A stretch of 64,000 nt of DNA from Chrysemys picta bellii (GCF_011386835.1 NC_088793.1:71548001-71612000), one strand, 5' to 3'; shown: positions 24,556 through 36,930, numbered from the stretch's first letter. Notes: a model not told the origin generated them from the letters alone. A program made the numbers and translations.

Positions 24556-27229
24556 CAAAAGTCCACACACACGCAACTCAATTGCCCCTAATTAATATCT
24601 GCAGCTTCCCCTGGTTCTCTCTCTGCTACAGCAACAACTCACACATACGTGCTGCCTCCTCTCCCCCACTGTCTTGCACAGGTAAATCCTCCCTACGCCC
24701 ACACACTCTCCCTCTCTAACCTTCCCAAGGCTCTCTCACCCACCTCCTTCTGTCCTCCACAGAATCTCCCTCATGTTTTGTCCCCTGCCAAGATTCTCTT
24801 CTTTCTCCAAGTTCTCTCCCTTTTCATTCTCCTTTAGCTTGGTTTTTAATTACACAAACACACACTATTTTTCCTCATTCAGTGCAGCATGGTCAGTGAA
24901 TGAAACAGAGGGTTACAAGAGAAAAAATGGTGTGTTCTTTTGAATTTTAAAGGCATGAATCTGGAATCCAGGAAAGGCTGGATTCTATTCCTGGATCTGC
25001 TACAGACTTCCCGTTATCATAGTTCATATAGACAAGAGGGCAGAAATAAGGTTGCACAGGCAACCTTATATCTAGCATTTCCTAACTTCTGATGCAACCT
25101 TAATGTTTTTAAGGTAGTTTTTTCCTGTATGCAATAGGTTATGTTAGCAGATCGTTGACAGCCTTTTTAACGTATAGGGTTTGGGGTTTGTTTAAATGGT
25201 AATGCGATTATATATTTTGCATAAGGCCAATATTAATTAATCTACACTACAAAGGAAACCACGCCACAAAACTTGGTTAACTTTTACATAAAGAGGAAGT
25301 CCTCACTTCACTTGGAGTAAAAACCTGATTTTTGTGGAACTTGAAGATCCAATGGCCAGGCACTTTCTCCTGAAAATATTCCGACACACACCCCTGACAC
25401 CGGTAATATAAAATTATTTTAATTCAGGTGTTCCTCGTGGCACCTTTGCTGGCATGCCTTCTAAGTACAAAGAAGAGGAGTACCTCTCCTACAAACCATA
25501 GATCTGTGGTAGTAGGATTCCTCTGCTGCATGCTTTTAGAAGGCATGTTCTGTCTCAAGGACCTTATATCCACAGAAATGGATTTTTCCCCCTGTCCTGT
25601 GCACCAACTAAGATGCATCCCACTGCAGAAAATTATGCTTCCAACACGAAGTTTTTCATGTCAATCTAATTCATGGAGGCTTGAATGTTTACATTTCCTT
25701 CTTTAAAAAGGGAATAGTCATGAACATTTTTTAAGGCAGCTGAAAAGAAAATACTACCCATGCTATTATAAAAGCCCTGATGTAATATTAATGAGGTATC
25801 TAATATTTTGGTTTTAACTATTTCTTTTAAAACTAATCTATGCAAAAGATTTTGTTGAAGGTTATACCTCACCTGAAAAACTGTTAAAGCCAAGTCATTT
25901 GTAAATGAGAGGTACTGAAGGGGGAAAAAGCTGGACATTCTAATAAAAGGAATGCAAGTTCATAAAAGCATATTCTACGTTTGTATTAATTGTTGACTGT
26001 GTAATTTATCTCCAAATCACATTTAGCAGTGAGTGGTGTAATTTTAGTTGTGAACATTTGTTTTTTGGGTGTACCAAAAGTTTAAAGCTATTTAAACGGA
26101 AAAAACATGGGGGTACTATTGATGACTACATAACAATGCTATCAGCTGATTGGCATAGCAGCCTCTAAAGCCTCTATGCCTTTCTACAGTTTTTCTATAG
26201 ATATTCTGCAAAATATCAACTAACTCCCTTAATCTCCATCCCCAAGTCTCACCTGTGATATACACAACATCAATGCTATACTGATCAGCAAAGCTCTGTA
26301 TTTATTCTGTGCTGCAGTTATGTATTGAATTGACTTGGGACTTGACTAACTTCTTTGGGGCAGGGACTTTGTTGTTTGAGACATTATGCTTTACATGGCA
26401 CTATGTAGCGCATCCACTATTAAAAATTTAAAACTACAGAGTCTAGGTAAAATCAGCCTTATTGCAGTTATTTGTGACACTCCTATATTTGGAATATGGA
26501 ATATAGTATGAAAACAGTGCCACTAATAGAGTGGTGATAATCAAGATTTTAAACTAAGGACCACAGTACTATAAATACAATAAGCCTCACTTTGGTAGTC
26601 CAGCATTTTTAGTTGATGTAACATACAGCCCAAAGCACATAAGGTATATGCATAAACTGTCTAATAAATGGAGTTGCCACTGCAAGAATATTGTAATGTA
26701 AACAGGATTTATCAGATACTTCCTGACTGACTAGCTTTTTAAAACTGGTTGCCTAGTTATCTTGGTTATATTTTGTATTGTTGTTCAATACATACTTTAA
26801 AACACCTGGCTATTGATACTTTGGTGGGCCAGGCTTTTTTTTCCTTTTTAACATGCTGGTTTGCAGTGTCTACGCTATATCTGCTGAAACTAAAAATAAG
26901 AAAGGTGTACTTTTCTATGTTCATATGGATACATACCTATAACAACCCTTGAAGATTAGCTACCAAACTGGAAATGAGTCTCGTAAATCCATTTGACTCT
27001 TTTTTGTTGGTTTTTTTAAGCTTTGCACACTAATGGCAAACTCAAGTTTTATCTGTTTTAAATGTCAGGGTCTCAAATGAATAAGCATTATACTCATGCG
27101 GGGTATTTCAAAAAGTGTTTAGAAAGGATGGGAGTTTAGAAAATATATATCAAAGCTATTTATCTTGCAAACATACCACTTTGAGTTGTTGCATATTTAC
27201 ATTAAATAAACTAAGCAGCCTGATCAGTC

Positions 27230-27560
27230 CATGAATGAGAGGCCTCCAAGGAAACACAGATATAAGAATGGTGATTCACTAGGTAGCTCTTATACTAAGT
27301 CAGTACTCTCCCAGTTCCTTACGGAGCACATTTGTGATCTTTTGGATAAGATATAAAATGAAGTTCTTAACCACTTGTGGTCATTTGAAATCCTATAACA
27401 CTTGAAGAGCAGGGGTGTTAGTCCTATTCTAGTTTGGGCAAAATACATTTGGTCTACATCAAATTCCTCTGAAAGTTTTATTTAAATAGGGTAGTCTTCA
27501 CTTTGTCCCAAAGCATAGTAAAGTTTTGCTGTTATCTACCCTGAACAAGGCTGTATTTCA
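27230..27560 (+). mobile_element. Ancient Deu-domain SINE (AmnSINE-like) remnant
   Basis: CCACTTGTGGTCATT...GAGCAGGGGTGTTA...GGCAAAAT resembles the recalled AmnSINE/DeuSINE central domain. Confidence 0.55.
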
Positions 27561-27883
27561 GTGGAAGAGATCTGTATATCTAATTTGCAAAGCTCTTTGG
27601 ATAAAAAGTTATGATTATATGTAGTATATACAAAATGTCAGTCTATTATTAACGATCTCAGTAAATATCTCAACACTGGGGAAGTCTGAAACAAAATTGA
27701 TATATTGTTTTAAAAGGTGAAGTTAAATGAGAGGGAAGGCTTTCTGGAAAGGGAAAGTGAGGGGGTAAAAACAATAAAAGCATGTTGGGGCTGCCATCTT
27801 GAGGGCTTTAGAGGAAAACCTGGCTGCACTGTAACAGTTTGCAACCCAATATACTGCTTATAGATGACAACACTGAGTCTGAA

Positions 27884-29310
27884 CTAGAGCTGGGAAAAAT
27901 TTTCAGTGAAAAGTTTATTTACTGATAAATGCAGTTTTGGGTGACTTGAAACTAATTTGTGTTGAGTTTGTCAAAAATAGTTTTAACTGAAACAAAAATT
28001 TGAAATGTTCTGTTCGGTAATATTGAAACGAAATGGTTTGTTTCAACATTACCATAACATTTTTGGGCTGGTGTCATGAAAGTGCCAGAGGTGGTGGTCT
28101 CAGCAGGTTCAATTACCCCTCTGCCTGCTGTGGAGAAGGGATCTGAACATGGATCTCCCACATTGCAAGAGAGGTGCCCTGAACATCAGGAAATGGGATA
28201 TCCTGATGTGGGTTTCAATCTATTTTGCTGAAGCTGTTCCATGAAATATAAAGAAAAAAAACAGTCGTTGGAGCAGGGTCTTGAACTTGCATCTTCCACA
28301 TCCTACGTAAATGCCCTAACCACTGGACTAGAGTTATTCTTGCTCTCTGGCCCAATGACTATTCATTGTCATTCATAGTGGCTATTCAGTCATTGTCTGG
28401 CTATACCGAAAAAAGGACGGGAGATATTTGACATAGGTTTAATCAGGCCGCAACTTTATCATCAGATGTCTGGGACTACCCGGCAGATAAAAGTGTACAG
28501 TGCAGGTAACCCCATGTTTATTCTGTAATTACCCAGGGGGCTTTTACCAGCTCCCCCTCTTTTTCCATCCGGGTCCCTCCAGCAAATCCATTGCCGGGAC
28601 CATACCATCTACCTCTTGTCATAGGAGGATTAAGGTGGGCTACAAGAATGGGAGTCTCCAACTGACCCCTGTTCGTTCCTTTAACAAAACACCTCTTTTA
28701 AGTTCTTTTCCAAGCCATTTATCTGGTCACTGTATACCTTTCCTATGGAGTACCTGCACTGGTCATCCACCCTACACTTAATGAGTTGGGAGATACAGCC
28801 TACCGCCCTTTATGCCATGCATGAACAGAGCCCTTCCTGAACCCACTGGGGGGGGGGGGGGAGGGGGGGGGGAAGGGAAAAATCCCTTCCCAACTCCCCT
28901 AAAAAAGGGGCGGCTAGCATAATAACCACAGCAGGTCTTGACCAAACCCGGAATTTAACCACCTAAAATGGAGTGAGGATGGGTCCTGCCTCAGCCTGCT
29001 CCATGTAAAAGGGAGGCTTCAGGCACAGAGCTACCACTTGTAAACCTTGCATTCCCAGGGGATGAGTAAGTGACTACGCTGACCCTTTTGTAGTAGTTTT
29101 CATCCCCCCCCATCCTTAAAACACTGTTCCTTTCATTTGGTCAGCCAGCCAAAAACACCCCCCACTCCCCGCTTAAAAGTGCAGTGTGGTCATTCATGAG
29201 GACACTGAATAGCTATTGGGCCAGAGTGTGACAATGACTCTACAGTGTGGTGGGTAAGGCACTCACCTAGGATGTGGGAGACAAGTTCAAATCCCTGCTC
29301 CAATGACTAT
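27884..29310. mobile_element. Old AT-rich non-autonomous element with inverted tRNA-like segments, interrupted by a second element
   Basis: Left end TAGAGCTGGGAAAAATTTTC. Inverted ~100-bp copies at 28263-28364 and 29207-29307 carry A/B-box-like motifs. Confidence 0.5.
28400..29100 (-). mobile_element. Unclassified ~700-bp insert (terminal-repeat-like; possibly Ngaro or LTR)
   Basis: GC-richer block with a minus-strand AATAAA at ~28517-28522. It shares its end sequence with 18970-19069. Confidence 0.45.
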
Positions 29311-29568
29311 ACATATGTGTGTACATGTATATATAAAATACTGCACATACAGGATTTCTCTGCAATTTTGCTTCATATGTGAGATAGTCTTTAGTACCAA
29401 GCTTTTTTTTTTTTTTTTTTTTAAAACAAGGACATCATGAAAAATCTTATTGGATGGTCTCCATCTGCACCCTATTTGAACTGGAGCAAAAAGTATTTTT
29501 TTTTTTTTTAAATGTGATCATTATTCCAGCATCTTAGTCAATAGACCCGCTCACATGGTCTGTGATAC

Positions 29569-29649
29569 CTGGTATGATGATTGCAGGGACATCCAGAATG
29601 TTGCCAAATGAAGCAGTTTTACGATGGCCCCGTTTAGGCTTGGAATAGG
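29569..29649 (-). CDS. MAP3K7: TAK1 exon 12 (81 nt in-frame cassette exon): (A)[26 protein letters not shown]
   Basis: Acceptor tcag|CC, donor CAG|gtatca. It is 81 nt and symmetric phase 1, as in the exon that distinguishes TAK1a from TAK1b. Confidence 0.96.
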
Positions 29650-29675
29650 CTGAAAAAATACACATACACAATACA

Positions 29676-29805
29676 CATGCAAACAGCTACAATGGTAACA
29701 CAGCAAATTATTAAATACATAACACTGCAATTCTCATATATTGTTAAACTAAAGTACATGCAAAACATGTCACACAGAATAAACTGCACAGCTTTCTATT
29801 CATGC
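29676..29805 (-). promoter_or_regulatory. RBFOX motifs upstream of exon 12
   Basis: Minus-strand TGCATG at 29681-29676 and 29762-29757, and GCATG at 29805-29801. Confidence 0.75.
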
Positions 29806-32242
29806 TTAAAATAGTAAAGAAATTGTTAAAAGCAAAACAGAACTAGCTGTCAATACAACAATTAGCTGTCGTTAGCAACACAAAACTCAACAGACAAAGC
29901 AGCATGGCAATGAGGAAGGGAAAAGTGCAACCATCGGAATGGAAGACAAATATTGACTTATTCCAGATCACCTGCATATTACTAATAAATGTATTTCCTT
30001 AATTGTTTTAAGTTATATAATACTTCCTCCATAGTTTTATTCTAGTCTCAGGCTAACATTGTTTATAAATAAGTTTACATTTTCATGTTGGATGCTTTCA
30101 TTTTCTTTAATTGACATCTCCTGTAAAGTGAAATCCAATCAATGTCCAAGATAAGCTCACTTTAATATTACAAAATTTGAAGAATTGCTTCAAGCGCTGC
30201 TGAGGTGCCCTCTGATTAAATGCTTGCTGTTTTGTAAATACTTCAGAATTAAGCATCCCATTCATGGAACTATTGAAAACAAAACCAACCCCCTTCTCCC
30301 CCCCATATTTGTTAAAGTGGAATTTGTATCTATTCTAAATCACATCAAACACCATAAAACGAACTTACAAAAGTTCATTTTGCCACATGTGGTAAGAGGA
30401 AGCGGTGGTAAGATAAAGGTCTGTAGTTTAAAGATTACGTTTCATTTGAAATAGATTTGTGAATGCAGTTCCCAAAGGAAAACTGCTCTGGCATGTTTAC
30501 CTGAAAGAACTCTCAGTGACTGACATAAATGTGCACTGCCTGAATTGTTTCTATGGCCAGTCTAATAATAGCTGGAACAAGAGGATTAGGTAATTCTTAA
30601 AATACTTTGATTTATTTATTCTTGACAATAGCCTTATCCTCACATAGCAACAAAATTTCTTTAGATCACAGTATGTTGTTCTCTGTAACAGTTAATGAGA
30701 CTAAGAAACCACCATTGCTTTTGCTGTTTCCAACTTAAGTCACAAAAACCTGCTTAGATTAACGTAGCCTGATTTCTACTAGTTTGCCACTGCCTGAAAT
30801 GAACTCTGTTCCTTTATACTTGTCCCATTCAAATCAACTCTCTTTAGTTAGAAGAAGGAATAAAAAAAACAGCTATAGCAAAATCTCAGAACAACGTACT
30901 TGGATATAATTACTGGCAATACTTAAAAGAATCTAGTTAAGGAAGGTAGATTGGGCTGATTCCAAACTCTCACTGGGTGGTCAAATGAGTTACATTTGTT
31001 CTGTACCAATGAGAGATTTGAATGAGGCCCAGAATATTAAAATAAATCAGAACACCACAGACTGTTGGGTAAGGACACAATTGCCTTGTGGTGGCTAGAC
31101 CCTTGATGAATACATATCTGAACAATATAGGGGCGATGGCTATCAAGAAGTAATTGCAGTCAACTAGTTATAAAAAAGAGTAATAAAACAAAAACAAAAC
31201 AGTAATCCATTCTGGATTGATACTATAATGTTCTAATGAGATTGTAAACTCATTAGGACAGGGACTATGTCATCCCACAATAGGCCTTTAGACATTACCA
31301 AAGTAAAAAAACTCTTATTCAACTCAGAGAGAGAGAGGGAAAAAAAAAAAAAAAAAGAGTTTAATAGTCATGGTGCACAAGAGAGTCAGAACACGTAGTA
31401 TATTCCAATATGTGAAAAAGTGATTACTACAAATGTTCAGAGTGATGGAAAAATATTGGCTCAACTAGATAAGGTCTGACTAACAGTGGTAGTTATTGTG
31501 TCTGGATTCTGTAAATCTAAGGATGTAGATCAATAAAAAGGACCATTTAAAATTATGAAACAAGTTAATAAACAGTGAAAATGGGGACTAGAAAGCAGTT
31601 TTTGCCTGCCACATATAATGTTTTGTTAATTTGCTTATTGGGAAAACAAATACGCACTCACTCTGCTTTCACCATAAAATTATGCATTTAATATGGCTAG
31701 TATCCTAAACTTCATCTTACATCAATGATCCACCATGTAAATAAATGAGCAGCTTTTGCAACCTGGCAAAATACGTGTAGCTAAAATTCTTTACAAAGAC
31801 ATCCAAGTTCCGCTTCTCTGGGGAGAAATCGGAGGGTTATATTTATATCTGATCTTTCCAACAACATAACTAAATTACCACTTTGCACCTATTTTCTGTC
31901 AAAACTTGTTTTTCAATATATTGGTGGAAATAATACTGCTTTTAAACCCACCTCCTGCATTTTAAAATAGTTTGACTGTAGTTTTGAATGGAATGGAATT
32001 CAAATAAAAAAAAATGACAATGGATGGAGAATAACACTCAGAAGCAAAGAGAAACTTGTATTAACGAAACAAGACTCATACCAAAGAATCACCAATTTAT
32101 GTAATACAAGGAAAATCTAATCTAGCCATTTTAAAGGCAATCAAAAGTAATCTTTTCTGTAATCTCAAACTACACACATTTAAAAAAAAATTCCTCTCAG
32201 ATCTGAGTGCACAAAGGTGAAAGGAGCTGGTCTCTTCATATC

Positions 32243-33324
32243 TAGACTTGGCAGGATGATTTAAATGGATAGAGGTCGGTAAATGTCGATTACAGCTGAT
32301 ACTGATGGATATTTTCCTCAGTTTTAGTGTAACCGTTGGACCAAGTACAGCTTCTCCTACACACTTTGTGCCTGCAGGAATTGACCTCAGTGGCACAACA
32401 GCAGCACAGAGAGGTCGCTGCAGCCCTGCTGTCATGGGAGGGAGCGAGTGGGGTCGTGACAGTAGAACTGCAGAGGGCTCCCCTGTAAGGATGTGGTGCC
32501 AGTGACACTGGATCCTTGCAGACTGTGGTCCATGTGGGGTAGAGTGGAGACCCCCATGGCCAGGACTGCAAGGAGGAGGAAGAGGACAAGCCCCCGGACA
32601 GGGAGGAAGCTACCTTGCTGCTGAATGTCTGTCCTTAGGTAGGAACCATTTGGCAGCGAGGTAACCTCCCTCAGGGAACCCTCCTTCCCACAGTCCTGAT
32701 GAGGCGCTCTCTGCTTTGCCTGGCTAGGACCACAACTTTCCTTGCACCTTGGGCCTGCAGGGATTGGGTGTCACCGGCCCTTCAGCAGTGTAGGAAGCCC
32801 TTTGCAGCCCTTCTGTCACAGCCATGTTCTTTCACCAGCTGGGAGTGCAAGGGGTCTCTGCTCAGGCTCACCAGGACTGTAGTCTTCCCCGCACCTTATG
32901 CCTGCAGAAGCTGCGTGTCACTGGCTCCACAGCCGTGCTGGGAGTCCTCTGCAGCTCGGCCCTCATGACCTTGCTCACCCACCCACCAGCCAGGAGCACA
33001 GGGGCCATTGCTGAGCAAGAGCTATTCAGCACCAGTGTGGCCTCCCCGACAGCTTTGTCTTCTTCCTGAGAGCCCTGTCCCAGTGGAACAGAGACCCCTG
33101 GCCAGGACCACAGCCTCATCTGCACCATGTACTACAGAGTCTTGGGCCCCTTGGCCATGCAGGGAGCCCCCTGCAATTCTCTTTTCAGCACTGCCCTAAC
33201 TCCAACCTGCCCTTAAATTCCTGCAACTATAAAACTAAATATAGTTAAAAATAGAATAAAAAATAATTTAAAAAAAATGTACAATTGTCAAAATTACACA
33301 CACACACAAATTCTGCCAAGCCTA
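32243..33324. mobile_element. hAT-type non-autonomous element (1082 bp)
   Basis: TIR TAGACTTGGCAGGAT/ATTCTGCCAAGCCTA and 8-bp TSD TTCATATC/TTCATATA (7/8). Three degenerate internal repeats. Confidence 0.85.
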
Positions 33325-33466
33325 TTCATATAAATTCTTAAAAAATAATGGACAAGTTAATAATAAAGAATCCATGCCCAGTTAAGAGTTATCTCGCAGG
33401 GCTCATCTTATTAAAAGTAGCTCCTTTCACCTTTCTCTGCCCCCTAACTTTATTATTTATTTTTAC

Positions 33467-33623
33467 CTATGGTAGCGGTAATTCTTGCTTCTATTTCAGA
33501 CATGTCAGCACTCATCCTCTTGCCTTCTCCTGAAACAAGAGTTGACTGTCGTCCACGAACATCTGATAAACTTTCCACGCTGCTCCCGCGAGATGGAGGT
33601 AAACTCAAACGGCCAGGGTCACC
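33467..33623 (-). CDS. MAP3K7: TAK1 exon 11 (157 nt): [52 protein letters not shown]
   Basis: Acceptor acag|GGT, donor TAG|gtaaaa. The SRGSSVESL and [15 protein letters not shown] blocks match TAK1. Confidence 0.95.
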
Positions 33624-34020
33624 CTGTTAAAACAGTGTTACATTTTCAATAGGGCTGGCAAGTGATTAAAAAAATCATGTTAATCGTGCTGTTAAACAAT
33701 AGAATACATTTAATTTAAATATTTTAGATGTTTTCTACATTTTCAATTATAAAACAGAATAAAAAGTATACAGTGCTCACTTTATATTATTTTTATTACA
33801 AATATTTGCACTGTAAAAATGATAAAAGAAATAGTATTTTTCAATTCACCTAGTACTGTAGTGCAATCTCTATCATGAAAGCTGAAATTACAAATGTAGA
33901 ATTAGGTACAAAAAATAACTGCATTAAAAAATAAAACCATGTAAAACTTTAGAGCCTACAAGTCCACTCAGTCCTACTACTACTTCAGTCAATCGCTCAG
34001 ACAAACAAGTTTCTTTACAT

Positions 34021-35845
34021 AAAATGACAAAATTAGAAAGGTCAAGGCACAAAACAAGATCAAACTAGCTAGAAACATACAGGGTAACAAGAAAACATTC
34101 TACAAATACATTAGAAACAAGAGGAAGACCAAGGACAAGGTAGGCCCGTTAATCAATGAGGGGGGAAAATAACAGGAAATGTGGAAATGGCAGAGGTGCT
34201 TAATGACTTCTTTGTTTCAGTTTTCACCAAGAAGGTTGGTGGTGATTGAATGTCTAACATAGTGAATGTCAGTGAAAATGAGGTAAGATCAGAGGCTAAA
34301 ATAGGAAAAGAGCAAATTAAAAATTACTTAAACAAGTTTAGATGTCTTCAAGTCACCAGGGCCTGATGAAATGCCTCCTAGAATACTCAAAGAGTTGACT
34401 GGGGAGATATCTGAGCCATTAGCAATTATCTTTGAAAAGTCATGGAAGATGGGAGAGATTCCAGAAGACTGGAAAAGAGCAAATATAGTGCCAATCTATA
34501 AAAAGGGAAATAAGGACAACCCAGGGAATTACAAACCAGTCAGCTTAACTTCTGTACCCAGAAAGATAATGGAGCAAATAATTAAGCAATTTGCAAACAT
34601 CTAGAAGATAATAAGGTGATAAGTAACAGTCAGCATGGATTTGTCAAAAACAAATCATGTCAAATCAACCTGATAGCTTTCTTTGACAGGGTAACAAGCC
34701 TTGTGGATAGAAGGGAAGCGGTAGACGTGGTATATCTTGACTTTAGTAAAGCTTTTGATACTGTCTCGCATGATTGTCTCAAACAAACTAGGGAAATGTA
34801 ACCTAGATGGAGCTACAATAAGGTGGGTGCAAAACTGTTTGGAAAACTGTTCCCAGAGAGTATTTATCAGTGGTTCAGAGTCATGCTGGAACGGTATAAC
34901 AAGGGGGGTCCTGCAGGGATCAGTTCTGGGTCCGGTTCTGTTCAATATTTAGATAATGGCATAGAGCAGACTTAAAGTTTGCAGACGATAGCAAGCTGGG
35001 AGGAGTTGCAAGTGCTTTGGAGAATAGGATTATATTTCAAAATGATCTGGATAAACTGTAGAAATGGTCTGAAGTAAATAGGATGAAATTCAATAAGGAT
35101 AAATGCAAAGTACTCCATTTAGGAAGGAACAATCATTTCCCATTTTGTATGTGTGCAACTAACTGCCTAGGAAGGAGTACTGTGGAAAGAGATCTGGGGG
35201 TCATAGTGGATCATAAGCTAAATGAGTCAACAGTGTAACGCTGTTGCAAAAAAAAGCAAACATCATTCTGGGATGTACTAAAAGGAGTGTTGTAAGAAAG
35301 ACATGAGAAGTAATTCTTCTGCTCTACTCCGCGCTGATTAGGCCTCAACTACAGTATTGTGTTCAGTTCTGGGCGCCATATTTCAGGAAAGATGTGGACA
35401 AATTGGAGACTCCAGAAAAAAGCGACAAAAATTATTAAAGGTCTAGAAAACAAGACCTGTGAGGGAAGACTGAAAAAATTGGGTTTGTTTAGTCTGGAAA
35501 AGAGAAGACTGAGAAGGGACATGACAACAGTTTTCAAGTATGTTGTTACAAAGAGGAGGAAGAAAAATTGTTTTTCTTAACCTCGGAGGATAGGACAAGA
35601 AGCAAAGGGCTTAAATTGCAGCAAGGGAGGTTTAGGTTGGACATTAGGAAAAACTTCCTGTCAGGGTGGTTAAGCATTGGAATAAATTGCCTAGGGAGGT
35701 TGTGGAGTCTCCGTCATTGGAGATTTTTAAGAGCAGGTTAGACAAACACCCGTCAGGAATAATACTTGGTCCTGCCATGAGTGCAGAGGACTGGACTAGA
35801 TGACCTCTCGAGGTCCCTTCCAGTTCTATGATTCTATTCTATGAT
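34021..35845 (+). mobile_element. CR1 LINE, 5'-truncated (~1.8 kb), nested in the hAT element
   Basis: ORF2 motifs KSPGPDE, WKRANIVPIYKKG, QHGF, YLDFSKAFDTV, QGSVLGPVLFNI and KFADD. Tail TTCTATGATTCTATTCTATGAT. The flanks rejoin as continuous hAT sequence. Confidence 0.96.
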
Positions 35846-36635
35846 TCGCAGGAGATAATGGTGCCCACTTCTTGTTTACTGAAAGTGAGAACAGGCGTTC
35901 GTATGGCACTGTTGTAGCCAGCATAGCAAGATATTTATGTGCTAGATGTGCTAAAGATTCCTATGTCCCTTTATGCTTCAACCACCATACCAGAGGACAT
36001 GCGTCCATGCTGATGATGGGTTCTGCTCGATAAAGACCCAAAGCAGTGCAGACCAATACATGTTCATTTTCATCATCTGAGTCAGATGCCATCAGCAGAA
36101 GTTTGATTTTTTTTTTTTTGGTGGTTCGGGCTCTGTAGTTTCCGCATCGGAGTGTTACTCTTAAGACTTCTGAAAGCGTGCTCCCTATCTCATCCCTCTC
36201 AGATTCTGGAAGGCCCTTCAGATTCTTAAACCTTGGGTTGAGTGCTGTAGCTGTCTTTAGAAATCTGACATTGGTACCTTCTTTGCCTTTTGCAGTGAAA
36301 GTGTTCTTAAAACGAACAAACAACGAATTGCTATAATATGAAATATATGGCAGAATGTAGGTAAAACAGAGCAGGAGACATGCAATTCTCTCCCAAGGAA
36401 TTCAGTCAAAAATTTTAACACCACATTTTTTAAATTGGCATGGAAGCATGTCCTCTGGAATGGTGGCTGAAGCAAAAGGAGCATCCTTTGTTTAGTATAT
36501 CTGGCACATAAATACTTTGCAATCCAGGTTACAAAAGTGCCATGCGAATGCCTGTTCTCTCTTTCGGGTGACATTGTTTTAATAAGAAGCAGGCAGCATT
36601 ATCTCCCGTAAATGTAAACAAACTTGTTTGTCTTA

Positions 36636-36930
36636 GGGTACGTCTATACTTACCTGCTGGTTCGGCGGCAAGCAATTGATCTTCTGGGATCGATTTATTG
36701 CGTCTTGTCTAGAGGCGATAAATCGATCCCGGAAGTGCTCGCCGTCGATGCCGGTAATCCTGCTCCGCAAGAGGAGTAGGCGGAGTCGACGGGGGAGCCT
36801 GCCTGCCGCGTGTGGACCCGCGGTAAGTACCTTTAAGTTCGAACTAAGATACTTCGACTTCAGCTACGTTATTCACGTAGCTGAAGTTGCGTATCTTAGT
36901 TGGAACTGGGGGCTTAGTGTGGACCAGCCC
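36636..36930. mobile_element. PIF/Harbinger MITE (295 bp) nested in the hAT element
   Basis: TIR-like ends GGGTACGTCTATACT/AGTGTGGACCAGCCC with a perfect TTA TSD. CpG-rich. Confidence 0.9.

Noticed and set aside
28262-28335. tRNA genes here, at 29240-29310 and at 56730-56805
   Set aside because: Only A/B-box-like motifs are present, with no convincing cloverleaf. They are SINE or TE heads.
28440-28470. Hammerhead ribozyme (minus-strand CTGATGA)
   Set aside because: There is no stem II followed by GAAA downstream, so the catalytic core is incomplete.
32097-33199. Cluster of 60-112 aa ORFs
   Set aside because: They lie inside a TIR/TSD-bounded non-autonomous element and show no recognisable domain.
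33310-33662. Short inverted match between the two TE ends flanking exon 11, which could loop the exon out or capture it
   Set aside because: Only 9/12 nt match, the elements belong to different families, and the inner ends face the wrong way for mobilisation.
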